A stretch of 64,000 bases of DNA from Candidatus Bathyarchaeia archaeon (GCA_038883655.1 JAVZLQ010000002.1:238396-302395), one strand, 5' to 3'; numbered from the stretch's first letter, positions 9,694 through 19,653 are shown. Numbers and translations: made by a program. Notes: generated by a model not told the origin, from the letters alone.

Positions 9694-9827
9694 AGTTTTT
9701 GCTATAAATAACGGCTAGTTGCTCTGGTGAAGACATGGTTGCATGTATAGATGTTTGGTAATACACGATCAACTAATACAACATAAAAATAAAGATTAGA
9801 CGTTGAAAAGCTGCAATTTTGAGACCT

Positions 9828-12116
9828 TTAGCCTTGCTTTCTAGGTTTATATGTTTTGACTTGAACCTTTATTTCGGGCTTTTCAACTAGGCATTCTCTC
9901 AAATAATCGTCAAGCGTAGCGGCTGGCACAACCTCAATCTTATAATCTCTAACGTCAATTGAATGCTCGTAGTTCTTCTGCGGAATAACAACCTTCTTGA
10001 ACCCCCATGCCTCAGCAGCCTTAATCTTCTCGTAAACTCCGCCGACAGCAGTAACTTGAACAGCATTCCCAACGCCAAGGTTTATCTCGCCAGTAACAGC
10101 TACATCCTGCCTTATTGGTTTACCCTCAATTAACGAGCATAACAGTATCGCCATTGTTACGCCCGCTGATGGGCCGTCAACGCCGTAAGATTGGGCGAAG
10201 TCTATGTGTGTTAAATAGTCTTGAGCTATGTCTATGCCGTATTTTTGTAGGATTACGCTGCGGACTTTTGCTATGCTGTCCGCTATGAAGCTTTGTCCCT
10301 TCGCAACACCAGTAACTTTGTAATAGCCCTTAATTGGGTAGTTTCGTGACAATTCACTTCTTTTAACCATATGCGCTTTTACGCAGAGGACGCTTCCAGT
10401 CATTTCTCCACTGTAGGGGTCCTTTACGACTGCTAAGCCGTATATCTGTCCAAGTTTGACTCCTTTCGGCGAAATCTCCAAAAGTTTTCCACGTTCGTTC
10501 ATTTCATGCTCAAGTATTTGCCTTTGAATTGTTTTGCAGTGGTGTTCTATGGCTTCGCGCACATGGCGCCTTTCAACGATTTTGCAGTTTTCGTTCATGG
10601 CAAGTGTCGCCGCAGTCTTGATTATCGAAATTAATGGTCTGAACTTTGTTGTTAGGGCGTCTCGCTTGTTGCTTCGCCTTCTGCCTTCCTCAACTATTTC
10701 CTCGCATGCCTCGCGGCTGAACGGTATTAAATTGAAGCGTTTAACTTCCTGAGCTATGAACTGAACGTATTTGCGGCGGTTCTCCACAGTGTTTGGCATA
10801 TCATTATTCATCCGCACAACCTTGCCATAACCGTAAATCCTATCCATCAATGCAGGGTGAATCTGCCCAATGCTGTCAAAGTTTCCAGCACCTACAAGAA
10901 ATGTTATGGCTGGAACGGGCTCTGTCGAAACGGCCATCGCCGCTGTGTCACCGCCATGCCACCTACCCCTAATGGTTATTGGCAGCTGCCCATCCTCAAG
11001 AACTGTCAAAAGCGTAATAGCCTCTTCTGGGTCCAAATTCTTAATCTCGTCTATGTATAGTATTCCAAGTGAAGCCCTATGCACGTCTCCAGCCGTGACT
11101 CTCTGGTGTTCTGGTGTTCCCAACCCGCCAGTTTGGTACGGATCCCATGCAATTGAACCGAACAGCTGGGCGCTTCTGTGTCCAGTAGCATCGACGAAGG
11201 GTGCGTGTCCAGAGCTGTTGTCAACTATCAGTTTTGGAACTTCTGTTTGCTGGGCGCCGCCGATGCCTCTAAGGTTTCCCATTCCGCCAAGCTTTGAGAA
11301 CCACCAGATAAAGACTCCGAAGAATATTAGGCTCCCGCCCGGAATGAATGTTACTGGCACTATGGTGACGAATCTGTTTACAAGGTAATCCATAAAATTG
11401 TAGTTGTAGTATTCTTGCAGTGTTTCTTGCCCGTAGATGAGAGGATTTATCTCCCACGTTTGCCATGCTTGATAAATAAAGTAGAAGCCTAAACCTAACA
11501 GGAATAAACCCATAACTATTAGCATTATTTGTAGGGCTTTAAGCCCAACTTTCGTGACAAACTTCCTCTTAAGCTCTTTCAGTTGTTCTTTAACAAGGAT
11601 TTTCTTGCCTTCGCCAGCTTTGTGAATCGAGATTTTCGGCTGACTTGGCAGAACTGGATTTTTCCAGCACAAAACATCAAAAAGTTTTATGCCATTCTCC
11701 CTGTAGACTTGCGTTAGTTTTTCGGCTAAAGCCCTTCCAATCAACGACTTGCCCGTTCCAGGGTCTCCCAAAAGTAGTAGGTATGGTCCTGGGCTTATGT
11801 CCCTTTTAGCTGATGTTTTCGGCTTGTTTGGGTCGCTCCAGCTTTCATACCACTTCATTTTTTCAAGCCATTTTAACTTGTGGACCCACTCGTCAAGGCA
11901 GAGGAAACACTCGTTTAGCGCCTGCTCTTGTCCAATAACCCAGTTTATCAAGTTATCGTCAACTGGAAAACCCTCTGTGCTTTTGAATTTTTCCCAGTCC
12001 CACTTTACCCTAACCTTTTTGCCGTTTACGGTTCTCTCGATTACCTCTACATCATTTCCAAAAGGGTCTGCTGGCAAACTATCTACCCCTAGCCTTCTTC
12101 TCTCCAAAAAGAACAT
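9828..12116 (-). CDS. lonB: archaeal membrane-anchored Lon protease (LonB), divergent
   Basis: VIGQEQA, GDPGTGKS, two TM helices, YIDEI, DGPSAG catalytic Ser and EKIKAA Lys. Confidence 0.92.
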   Translation of the reverse strand: MFFLERRRLGVDSLPADPFGNDVEVIERTVNGKKVRVKWDWEKFKSTEGFPVDDNLINWVIGQEQALNECFLCLDEWVHKLKWLEKMKWYESWSDPNKPKTSAKRDISPGPYLLLLGDPGTGKSLIGRALAEKLTQVYRENGIKLFDVLCWKNPVLPSQPKISIHKAGEGKKILVKEQLKELKRKFVTKVGLKALQIMLIVMGLFLLGLGFYFIYQAWQTWEINPLIYGQETLQEYYNYNFMDYLVNRFVTIVPVTFIPGGSLIFFGVFIWWFSKLGGMGNLRGIGGAQQTEVPKLIVDNSSGHAPFVDATGHRSAQLFGSIAWDPYQTGGLGTPEHQRVTAGDVHRASLGILYIDEIKNLDPEEAITLLTVLEDGQLPITIRGRWHGGDTAAMAVSTEPVPAITFLVGAGNFDSIGQIHPALMDRIYGYGKVVRMNNDMPNTVENRRKYVQFIAQEVKRFNLIPFSREACEEIVEEGRRRSNKRDALTTKFRPLISIIKTAATLAMNENCKIVERRHVREAIEHHCKTIQRQILEHEMNERGKLLEISPKGVKLGQIYGLAVVKDPYSGEMTGSVLCVKAHMVKRSELSRNYPIKGYYKVTGVAKGQSFIADSIAKVRSVILQKYGIDIAQDYLTHIDFAQSYGVDGPSAGVTMAILLCSLIEGKPIRQDVAVTGEINLGVGNAVQVTAVGGVYEKIKAAEAWGFKKVVIPQKNYEHSIDVRDYKIEVVPAATLDDYLRECLVEKPEIKVQVKTYKPRKQG

Positions 12117-12813
12117 CGTCGTGAAATATAATAGAGGTTATTTCAAAATCGGCAATATACCAAAAACAAGAGCTAAACTCATAGAAAACGAGAATCGTTT
12201 AATGATATCCCATAAATTTATTGCATTTAAAATTATTTTTCTAAATTAAAAATGAAATTTTTAACTGTTTCAATTCGAAAGAATTTCCACGCAGAAACCG
12301 GCATATAATGCCAGAGAGAACAAAAATTCTAGAAGCCAAAATTAGGCTTAAAACTGGAAAAAAGGCATTTTTATGTTTTTTCGCTTCGCTTACAAAAGCG
12401 GATGCATGGACTTCACTGGAGCTTCATATAAACACCGACGAAAATCTCCATGCCGAGCGCAGAGTCAGAAGGTTCGATGCCCTTCGAGTTTTCCATGTGT
12501 TTTTGGCGTTCTCTAAAGCCAATGCAGATGGACTCACTATTTTTCTTAAGGGGAGCTTCAGCTTTCTCTTTGCCGGAAAAGAATTTGCGCTTTGATGTAG
12601 TGGTTTTTGGCTGTTTAAGTGTTTGGAGTGGCATTTTTTGTTTTTCATCTTCTGTGAATGCTTATGTTTGTTTTGCTTGGTGTAGGCTTAATGTTTTAGA
12701 TTTTCCGTTTTATTATATTCTAATTTTGCTTTTTGGTTGCGCTGGTTGTATTTGGATTACCTTTGGCTTTTATGTATCACCATTGCTTTCTAGAGTCACC
12801 AGCCTTTGCTTGC

Positions 12814-12836
12814 CGTATACAAAAGCATCGACGAAA
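12814..12836. repeat. 23-bp inverted repeat, right copy
   Basis: CGTATACAAAAGCATCGACGAAA; followed by GCAT. Confidence 0.9.
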
Positions 12837-12847
12837 GCATTTGAAAA

Positions 12848-13435
12848 TTGGAAAGTGTTAAAGGTTTTGCCATGCAATTTACTATTATGAAAGCTGGTCA
12901 AATTGTGAAAACTTTTAGTTCTAGGGATGGGCGTCGGGTTATTTTGCGCGCTCCCAGATGGGAAGATTTGAACGATTTGCTGGAGCTCATTAATTCCCTT
13001 GTTGAGGAGGACGCTGACATTCTTAGGACTGAGATGGTTTCTAGGGAAGAGGAGATTGACTGGTTATCTAAAACGCTTGCGAGTATAGAGAAGGGCGAGG
13101 CATTTTATCTTGTGGCGGAGGTTGACGGAAAAGTAGTTGCATCTTCTGATATTCATCCGCGTGGAGGTTTTGCGAGGCATGTTGGCGTTTTGGGCATAAT
13201 TGTTAAGGATGGCTTTAGGGATGTTGGCATTGGCACAGAAATGATGAAAGTGTTAATTGAAAAGGCGCGTGAAATGGGCTTGAAGGTTTTGGCGCTATCA
13301 GTGTTCGCGAGCAACAAGCGTGCAATCCACGTTTACGAGAAGGTCGGATTTGCTGTTACTGGTTGTATTCCAAAAAAGTTTTTCAAGAATGGCGAGTACA
13401 TAGACGAGTTGATTATGGTTAGAGTGTTGGAGTGA
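12848..13435 (+). CDS. GNAT family N-acetyltransferase
   Basis: FRDVGIGTEMM, N..AI..YEKVGF. Confidence 0.9.
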   Translation: MESVKGFAMQFTIMKAGQIVKTFSSRDGRRVILRAPRWEDLNDLLELINSLVEEDADILRTEMVSREEEIDWLSKTLASIEKGEAFYLVAEVDGKVVASSDIHPRGGFARHVGVLGIIVKDGFRDVGIGTEMMKVLIEKAREMGLKVLALSVFASNKRAIHVYEKVGFAVTGCIPKKFFKNGEYIDELIMVRVLE

Positions 13436-13863
13436 AAAGTTCCTTGTCCAACTTCAAAATCTTTAACATAACCGTCAACTTCTCAACAAAAGGCGAAATA
13501 GACTTCGTGGACTTAACAGGTAAGGTTCAAGAGGCAGTTTCAAGGTCGGGAATAAAGAACGGCATAGTCCACGTTTTCGCGCCACATGCAACTGGAATAC
13601 TAATACTAACAGAAAATGAATACGGCTTACTAAACGACATAAAAGCCCTCCTAGAAAAAATAGTTCCAAAACATGGTGGGTACGCACATCCATCAAACGC
13701 CCATGCACACCTAAGGTCAGTGCTCTTGCCACCAGACAAAACGCTTCCAATAATAGATGGCAGAGTGGAATTTGGAACTTGGCAATCGCTCGTTTTTGTA
13801 GAAACAGATGTTTATCCGAGAAGACGAACCGTAATAATCCAAGTAATAGGCAATCAAGGATAA
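13432..13863 (+). CDS. yjbQ: YjbQ family (UPF0047) protein
   Basis: PHATG..TENE, NAHAHL, GTWQ. Confidence 0.9.
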   Translation: MKSSLSNFKIFNITVNFSTKGEIDFVDLTGKVQEAVSRSGIKNGIVHVFAPHATGILILTENEYGLLNDIKALLEKIVPKHGGYAHPSNAHAHLRSVLLPPDKTLPIIDGRVEFGTWQSLVFVETDVYPRRRTVIIQVIGNQG

Positions 13864-14529
13864 ATTCAAAAAGAATCTGTTTGCGGTGCTCGGAACTTGA
13901 AAAATTTGATACTTGATTTCATAAACATATTGTCTGGCTAGGCAATCCCTTACTTCCGATTGAACCATTGCGTCAGCATGGGTGGGCATGGCATTATTCA
14001 GTTATAGAAATCATTTCAAATCTTTCAATCCTATACGTAGTGATCACTATTGTACGTGTTCCTCCTTTCGCGGGATATTTTATAGGTTTTAACTCACAAG
14101 GAATAATCGCACTGCCCTGTGATGCCTTTGCATGCAGCATCTAGGAAGTAAAGTTTTACTGTGCATGTTATGCTGTAAATTCGCAGTTCGTTATTTTAAT
14201 AGAAAGAAAATGCTATGTTGCAGTTAAAATAATTCTTGTAAAAAAACAGAGTTCTTAGTTTTAATTTTTCCTTTTTTATTAAATTTTGAACGATTCGTCT
14301 ATTTTCGCAAGTACAAGCGAACAATCTTTACGAATTTTTATGTCCTTACACGTCAATATATACGTGAAACAGGACACAAGCTTTCTCTTTAGCATGGACT
14401 CTTAATGGATATCACAATAGTTTCTTAATAGAACTTTTCGCTGCTTTGTTTTCTGTTTTTATTGATTATTTAAGTTTCGTTTTACTTCGAGCTTGCGAAA
14501 GGTTTATTGGGTTGCGCCTTCATTTTAAG

Positions 14530-14545
14530 TTACGAGATCTCGTAA
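14530..14545. promoter_or_regulatory. perfect 16-bp palindrome, probable DtxR-family operator
   Basis: TTACGAGATCTCGTAA between a BRE/TATA-like GAAAGGTTTATT and the regulator start. Confidence 0.7.
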
Positions 14546-14559
14546 TTTGAGGTCCATGA

Positions 14560-15228
14560 ATGAGCGTTGAGCTTTCAAGTGAGGCTGAGGAGTACGTTGA
14601 GGCAATTTACAGACTCCAAAAAAGAAGTGGTGTCGCTAAAACTTCTGAACTAGCCAAGGAACTTAATGTTGTGCCAGGCTCCATAACTAACACTATTGAG
14701 CATTTGGAAAGACATGGTTTAGTTAGGCACGAGCCATACAGGGGAGTTAGGCTTACAGCTGAAGGCGAAAGGCTGGCTCTGGACGTTTTGAGAAGGCACA
14801 GGCTTGCCGAGAGGCTATTAACGGACATTTTGAAGGCTGAGTGGAGTGAGGTCCATGAAAGCGCCTGCAAACTTGAACATGCACTTTCAAAGGACGTCAT
14901 ACAGCTTATTGAGAGGAAGCTTGGACATCCAAGGGTTTGCCCCCACGGAAACCCCATACCTGCTGAAAATGGGAAAATAGAGGAGGAGTCGTGTTATCCG
15001 CTTGCGGAGACAGCCCTAAACGAAACAGTTATAGTGGCTAAAATAACTGATGGAAAACGCCAGACACTCGCAAAATTCGCAAACATCGGAATAAAGCCAG
15101 GCGTCCCAATACACATCGTAAAAAGAAAACCCTTAAGCATGGTTTTATGCGTCGCTGGGAAAGAAAGCAGCCTAAGCAACGAGGACATTTCGCGAATATG
15201 GGTTAGAAAAGCAAGAGCAAAGAGGTGA
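14560..15228 (+). CDS. DtxR/MntR family metal-dependent repressor with FeoA domain
   Basis: EEYVEAIY, RRHRLAE, ACKLEH, CPHGNPIP. Confidence 0.93.
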   Translation: MSVELSSEAEEYVEAIYRLQKRSGVAKTSELAKELNVVPGSITNTIEHLERHGLVRHEPYRGVRLTAEGERLALDVLRRHRLAERLLTDILKAEWSEVHESACKLEHALSKDVIQLIERKLGHPRVCPHGNPIPAENGKIEEESCYPLAETALNETVIVAKITDGKRQTLAKFANIGIKPGVPIHIVKRKPLSMVLCVAGKESSLSNEDISRIWVRKARAKR

Positions 15229-15524
15229 ACACAATGGAATCGAAAGACAAGAGACAAGGCTCACCAAGCAACGAGCAGATAATTTCTCTAATTGATCTCC
15301 CGGAAGGGGAAAAAGGCATAGTAGCACATGCCATCGGCGGTTTCGGGCTAATCAGAAGACTAGCCGAAATGGGATTAACCCCAGGAGTTGAAGTTAAACT
15401 CACCAAGAAATGCCCCTTCCGCGGTCCAGTCGAAGTGGAAGTTAGAGGCGTAGCCCTAGCCCTAGGCTACGGGGTAGCCTCAAAAATTTTCGTCAAACCC
15501 TTGAGGAAAGAGTCGAATGGCTAG
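15225..15524 (+). CDS. feoA: ferrous iron transport protein A
   Basis: RRLAEMGLTPG...GPVEVEVRG..LALG. Confidence 0.92.
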   Translation: MNTMESKDKRQGSPSNEQIISLIDLPEGEKGIVAHAIGGFGLIRRLAEMGLTPGVEVKLTKKCPFRGPVEVEVRGVALALGYGVASKIFVKPLRKESNG

Positions 15525-17532
15525 CTGCCACACACAAGCGAAAAGCGTAAAAGATTCTGAGGAAAGGAAAACCCTAAGGATAGCGCTTGCTGGGAACGCG
15601 AACGTTGGAAAAAGCGCCATATTCAACCAGCTTACGGGTTTAAACCAAATCGTTGGAAACTGGCCTGGAAAAACCGTTGAGAGGGCTGAAGGAACACTCC
15701 ACTTTAAAGGCTATAAGATTCGCGTCATCGACTTACCTGGAATATATTCGCTTTCCACTTTTTCTATGGAAGAAATCGTCTCACGCGATTATATTGCCGT
15801 TGAAAAGCCAGATATAATAATCAATGTGGTGGATGCCTCTGCACTTGAACGCAACCTCTACTTTACGCTCCAGCTTTTAGAACTTGAAGCGCCAATAATT
15901 GTTGCCCTAAACCAAGTCGACCTAGCAGCAAAAAAGGGCATAAGAATAGACGTGCAAAAGCTTTCCGAGATTTTAGGGGTTCCAGTCGTTCCAACAGTTG
16001 CCATTACTGGAAGCGGAATAAACGAATTGCTCTCCACAGTTATTATGGTCATAAACGGCGAGGTAAGGCTAAATCCTTTAAAGGTCAGGTTTGGAGGCGA
16101 AATTGAAGAAAAAATCCAAAAATTAGAAAAAACAGTTGCAGAAAAGCTCGCCCACTTATGCACAGTTTATCCTGCAAGGTGGATAGCCATAAAACTTTTG
16201 GAGCGAGATGCTGATGTTGCTGGAAAACTGAGAAACTATGAGAACGGAAGCAACGTTATAGGCTACGCTGAAAAAATAGCTTCAGAGATTGAAAAAATGC
16301 ATGGGGAGCCTTCGCCCGTGGTTTTGGTTTCTGAAAGGTATTCGCTTGCAAACAAAATTGCAAAAGAAACAGTCATAATAGAGTCTCCGCCCAGAATAAG
16401 CCTAGAACAGAAGCTCGACGCCGTAACAACGCATAAGATGCTTGGCTACCCAATTTTAGCGACAGTAGCGGCGTTAATATTCACCACAATATTTGTCGGC
16501 GGAAACATGCTGTCAGAAGCAATAAACCCTATTTTCGAAAGCCTAACCGCATACATCACGGAGGCTTTGTCGCCGTTCCTTCCCACAGCAGCAGTAGAAC
16601 TAATCAACCATGGACTGGTCGGCGGTATAGTCGCAGGCATAACAATAGCCTTGCCATACATAATACCCTTCTACGTGATGTTGGCGCTTCTTGAGGACAG
16701 CGGCTACCTACCAAGAGCAGCATTCCTAATGGACAACATCATGCACAAGATAGGGTTGCATGGAAAAGCCTTCATCCCGCTAATGCTTGGTTATGGCTGC
16801 AGTGTCCCCGCATGCATAGGCTGCAGAATAATGGAGACTGAACGCGAGCGCTTTTTAACTGCGTTTGTTGTCATGCTGATTCCATGCGCCGCAAGAACAG
16901 TTGTCATCCTTGGCTTGGTTGGCAGATATGTTGGATTACACGCGGCATTAGCCCTATACGCCTTTGACCTCGTACTAGTCTTTGTTTTGGGCAGAATAGC
17001 GTTTAAGGCGCTTCCAGGCGAGCCGGTAGGACTACTCATGGAAATGCCGCCCTACAAAAAGCCTTCAGCAAAGCTAATTGCAATTAAAACTTGGAGCAGA
17101 ACAAAGGACTTTGTTTATGTGGCTTTCCCAATAATTGTCGCTGGAAGCCTAGCCATAGAGATTCTAGCTCTATCAGGTTTCATGAACTATATGGTGAACG
17201 CCCTAAAGCCACTCATAAGCGGTTGGCTTGGGCTCCCAGCGGTAGCGGGCATACCATTAATCTTCGGCGTATTGCGTAAAGAATTAGCTCTAATCCTTCT
17301 CGAAAACGCCTTGCTACAGCAAGGCATGACGCTGGCGAGTTTAGGGGCGGTCCAAATGATTGTCTTCTCACTTGTGGTTATGATTTACATTCCATGCATA
17401 GCCACAATAGCCGCGTGTATAAGAGAGTTCGGATGGAAAAAGGCGTTGGCAATAGCCCTTGTTGACGTTGGCTTAGCCCTAATACTAGGCGGAATCGCCT
17501 ATAGGCTGCTTTCCCTTTTTATGGGCTCTTAA
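15517..17532 (+). CDS. feoB: ferrous iron transport protein B
   Basis: GNANVGKS, NWPGKTVE, DLPGIYS, LEDSGY, gate-domain TMs. Confidence 0.95.
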   Translation: MASCHTQAKSVKDSEERKTLRIALAGNANVGKSAIFNQLTGLNQIVGNWPGKTVERAEGTLHFKGYKIRVIDLPGIYSLSTFSMEEIVSRDYIAVEKPDIIINVVDASALERNLYFTLQLLELEAPIIVALNQVDLAAKKGIRIDVQKLSEILGVPVVPTVAITGSGINELLSTVIMVINGEVRLNPLKVRFGGEIEEKIQKLEKTVAEKLAHLCTVYPARWIAIKLLERDADVAGKLRNYENGSNVIGYAEKIASEIEKMHGEPSPVVLVSERYSLANKIAKETVIIESPPRISLEQKLDAVTTHKMLGYPILATVAALIFTTIFVGGNMLSEAINPIFESLTAYITEALSPFLPTAAVELINHGLVGGIVAGITIALPYIIPFYVMLALLEDSGYLPRAAFLMDNIMHKIGLHGKAFIPLMLGYGCSVPACIGCRIMETERERFLTAFVVMLIPCAARTVVILGLVGRYVGLHAALALYAFDLVLVFVLGRIAFKALPGEPVGLLMEMPPYKKPSAKLIAIKTWSRTKDFVYVAFPIIVAGSLAIEILALSGFMNYMVNALKPLISGWLGLPAVAGIPLIFGVLRKELALILLENALLQQGMTLASLGAVQMIVFSLVVMIYIPCIATIAACIREFGWKKALAIALVDVGLALILGGIAYRLLSLFMGS

Positions 17533-17536
17533 GAAG

Positions 17537-18406
17537 CTAAAACCTTATAACGTCCCCAGTTTTTATTTGTCGACATTTACTCCCGAAAGCTTCGGCAAGC
17601 CAACGAATAGCCCTCTTTCCAGTGCAGTGGCACGGTCCCAAGAATTCTGGGCTGAGATCCTTTAAGGTTTCAATTGTTTTGTGTAGCCTCTTGCTTGTTG
17701 CGTTGATTAGATGAAAGCCGCCTAAAACTGCATAAATCTTCTCTATTTCTGTAATCTTCTGTGCGTGGCAAATGGTGTTCACTACGCCAGAATGTGCGCA
17801 GCCAGTTAAAATTACCAAACCTTTACCTTTCAAGTTAACTATTAACGCTTGATCATCAACAAGCGCATCTTCAACGAGACGTCCATTCTTAAAAGTTAAG
17901 AACCCCTCAGGCTTTTCATAATCGTTAACGCGTTCAACCTCGCCAGTGGTCATTAAGCCCTCCGCAATTTTAACAGCTTCCCTAGTCAAGATTGGGACAC
18001 CCCCAGCCTTCCTAACGTCTGAAAGTGAAAAGGAAGCACCTATAAACCTAAGCTTTTTCTTGTAAGAGAATTTTGGGTGAAACGCATTTGGATGGGCAAA
18101 AACTGGAACGCTTTTGCCAACAGACCTAAGCAGCGGAATCAAACCATTCACATGGTCATAATGTCCGTGACTAAGCACTATAGCGTCAATCTTTCGAAGA
18201 TTAATGCCAACAACGTCAACATTATTTATCAAAGCCTCTGCAGAAGATCCAGTGTCCAAAAGGACACAAACATCTATATCCTTCGCTTTAGCTTGCACAA
18301 GCATTGACAAGCCATGCCTAGCAACAAGTTTAGATTCGCCTTTACCGCCCAAAGCATCGTCAACCAAAACTTTTATGTAAACACTTTCAATCAAACATGG
18401 CACCAA
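17537..18406 (-). CDS. MBL-fold metallo-hydrolase (COG1237-like)
   Basis: SHGHYDH, GCAHSG, GGFHL, PCHCTG. Confidence 0.9.
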   Translation of the reverse strand: MVPCLIESVYIKVLVDDALGGKGESKLVARHGLSMLVQAKAKDIDVCVLLDTGSSAEALINNVDVVGINLRKIDAIVLSHGHYDHVNGLIPLLRSVGKSVPVFAHPNAFHPKFSYKKKLRFIGASFSLSDVRKAGGVPILTREAVKIAEGLMTTGEVERVNDYEKPEGFLTFKNGRLVEDALVDDQALIVNLKGKGLVILTGCAHSGVVNTICHAQKITEIEKIYAVLGGFHLINATSKRLHKTIETLKDLSPEFLGPCHCTGKRAIRWLAEAFGSKCRQIKTGDVIRF

Positions 18407-18498
18407 ACATGATTTTCACAAGTAAGCCTATATAACATTTAGAATAGGGTGCAATTCACAATCAAAGAAAATGTGGATGTGTTTGATGGAGTTTCGGT

Positions 18499-19164
18499 TT
18501 ATGAACCGTAGACTGCTCGAAGTCCTAAGATGTCGCCTAGTCCAAGTGTTCGTTTGTACGTTTCGCCAAAGTTTGCATAGCCATACATTGTCAGCCAATA
18601 GTCAACATCATTGTATAAGTCTTTTAAGCCGCACCAGTGCCCAAACTCATGTGTCATAATGTTCTGCACATCCATCTTTCCAGCCTCACCACTCAAACTC
18701 CACGTATAATAGGTGTTCATGCGGCAGTCTGTTTCAACGATTCGGCTTCCACTTGCCCATATATAAGTTACCGCTATAACACCAGCTTGATAAGCGCCCC
18801 ACGAAACAACGTTGTAGCCATCGCGTCTCCCAGCCGTTCTGGTGGTTGTCCCCTTGTAAACGAAAACTTCAAAACTTGTTTCAGCATCCCAAGTCTCAGC
18901 CGCCGTTGTTATAACTGCGACAACAGCCGAAGTGGAAAATCCATACTTGTTTGATGGGTTTATCCAATAGTTGATTGTTGTGTACCAGTGATATGGAAGT
19001 AGTGCATAATGCGGATTATTCATGGAATCGTCTTGCGGTGGAATGGCATAAACAACAATAATCTCCTCGTGGACTAGCGATTCAGCAACAACCATGGAGA
19101 AAGCCAGAGCAAACATTGAAAACAAAACAACAAACAGCAAAGTGAGGGACTCAAACTTTCTCAT
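18499..19164 (-). CDS. secreted matrixin-like zinc metalloprotease
   Basis: Signal peptide; HEFGHWCGLKD zinc motif and Met-turn LTMY. Confidence 0.85.
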   Translation of the reverse strand: MRKFESLTLLFVVLFSMFALAFSMVVAESLVHEEIIVVYAIPPQDDSMNNPHYALLPYHWYTTINYWINPSNKYGFSTSAVVAVITTAAETWDAETSFEVFVYKGTTTRTAGRRDGYNVVSWGAYQAGVIAVTYIWASGSRIVETDCRMNTYYTWSLSGEAGKMDVQNIMTHEFGHWCGLKDLYNDVDYWLTMYGYANFGETYKRTLGLGDILGLRAVYGS

Positions 19165-19518
19165 ATAAACACTTCCACCGATTCAATTTAAACGTAAAAC
19201 GCATATAAGCTTTTAACCAACAATGCAATAGGCTATGAACAGCCCCTATTTCGAAAGGCCGGAAGTATACCACTCAAGAATCTCTTCAATTGCCATATTT
19301 GAGCATTTTACGAAGCTTCTCGTCCAAGAAGAGCTCAATCAACATGCCATAAGTTCATATAATTCACATTCCAAATCCAGATCAAAACCAGCGCAAAGAA
19401 AAACTAGAGGGGCTATCAATTTAACAACACAGCAAAACGTAAAATTAACAAACTCAAAAACCTAAATAAGCGCCCCACAAAACAAATAGCAATGGCAAAC
19501 CGAAATCACCTAAAAAGT

Positions 19519-19619
19519 GGCCGAGGTGAGGTAGCCTGGAAGCCTATAGGCCTGTGGACGTGAGCATAATCCACGACAGCAAGCCTAGTGCCCGGGTTCA
19601 AATCCCGGCCTCGGCCCCA
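19519..19619 (+). tRNA. tRNA-His(GTG) with 24-nt intron at 37/38 (19558..19581); G-1 and CCA encoded
   Basis: Cloverleaf GCCGAGG/CCTCGGC, anticodon stem TAGGC/GCCTA, TTCAAAT T-loop, bulge-helix-bulge CTGT/ACAG. Confidence 0.93.
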
Positions 19620-19653
19620 TATACGGTGTTTTAACCCTGCGGCCGGTGTTGCC

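Noticed and set aside
11187-11198. 12-bp match AGCATCGACGAA to the lon-flanking repeat
   Set aside because: Lies in the conserved FVDAT coding motif of Lon; most simply coincidence.
9828-12116. Intein in Lon
   Set aside because: No C/S-start...HN-C/S/T splice motifs or LAGLIDADG block; extra length is explained by TM and short insertions.
12117-12813. Replication origin
   Set aside because: AT-rich, but only weak TCCAGT fragments, no repeated full ORB with G-string, and no orc1/cdc6 nearby.
12308-12890. Four overlapping ORFs upstream of lon
   Set aside because: Low-complexity translations from skewed composition, no RBS or recognisable domain; none resembles a transposase.
19235-19465. 76-aa ORF upstream of tRNA-His
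   Set aside because: No RBS or motif and it runs into the tRNA promoter region.
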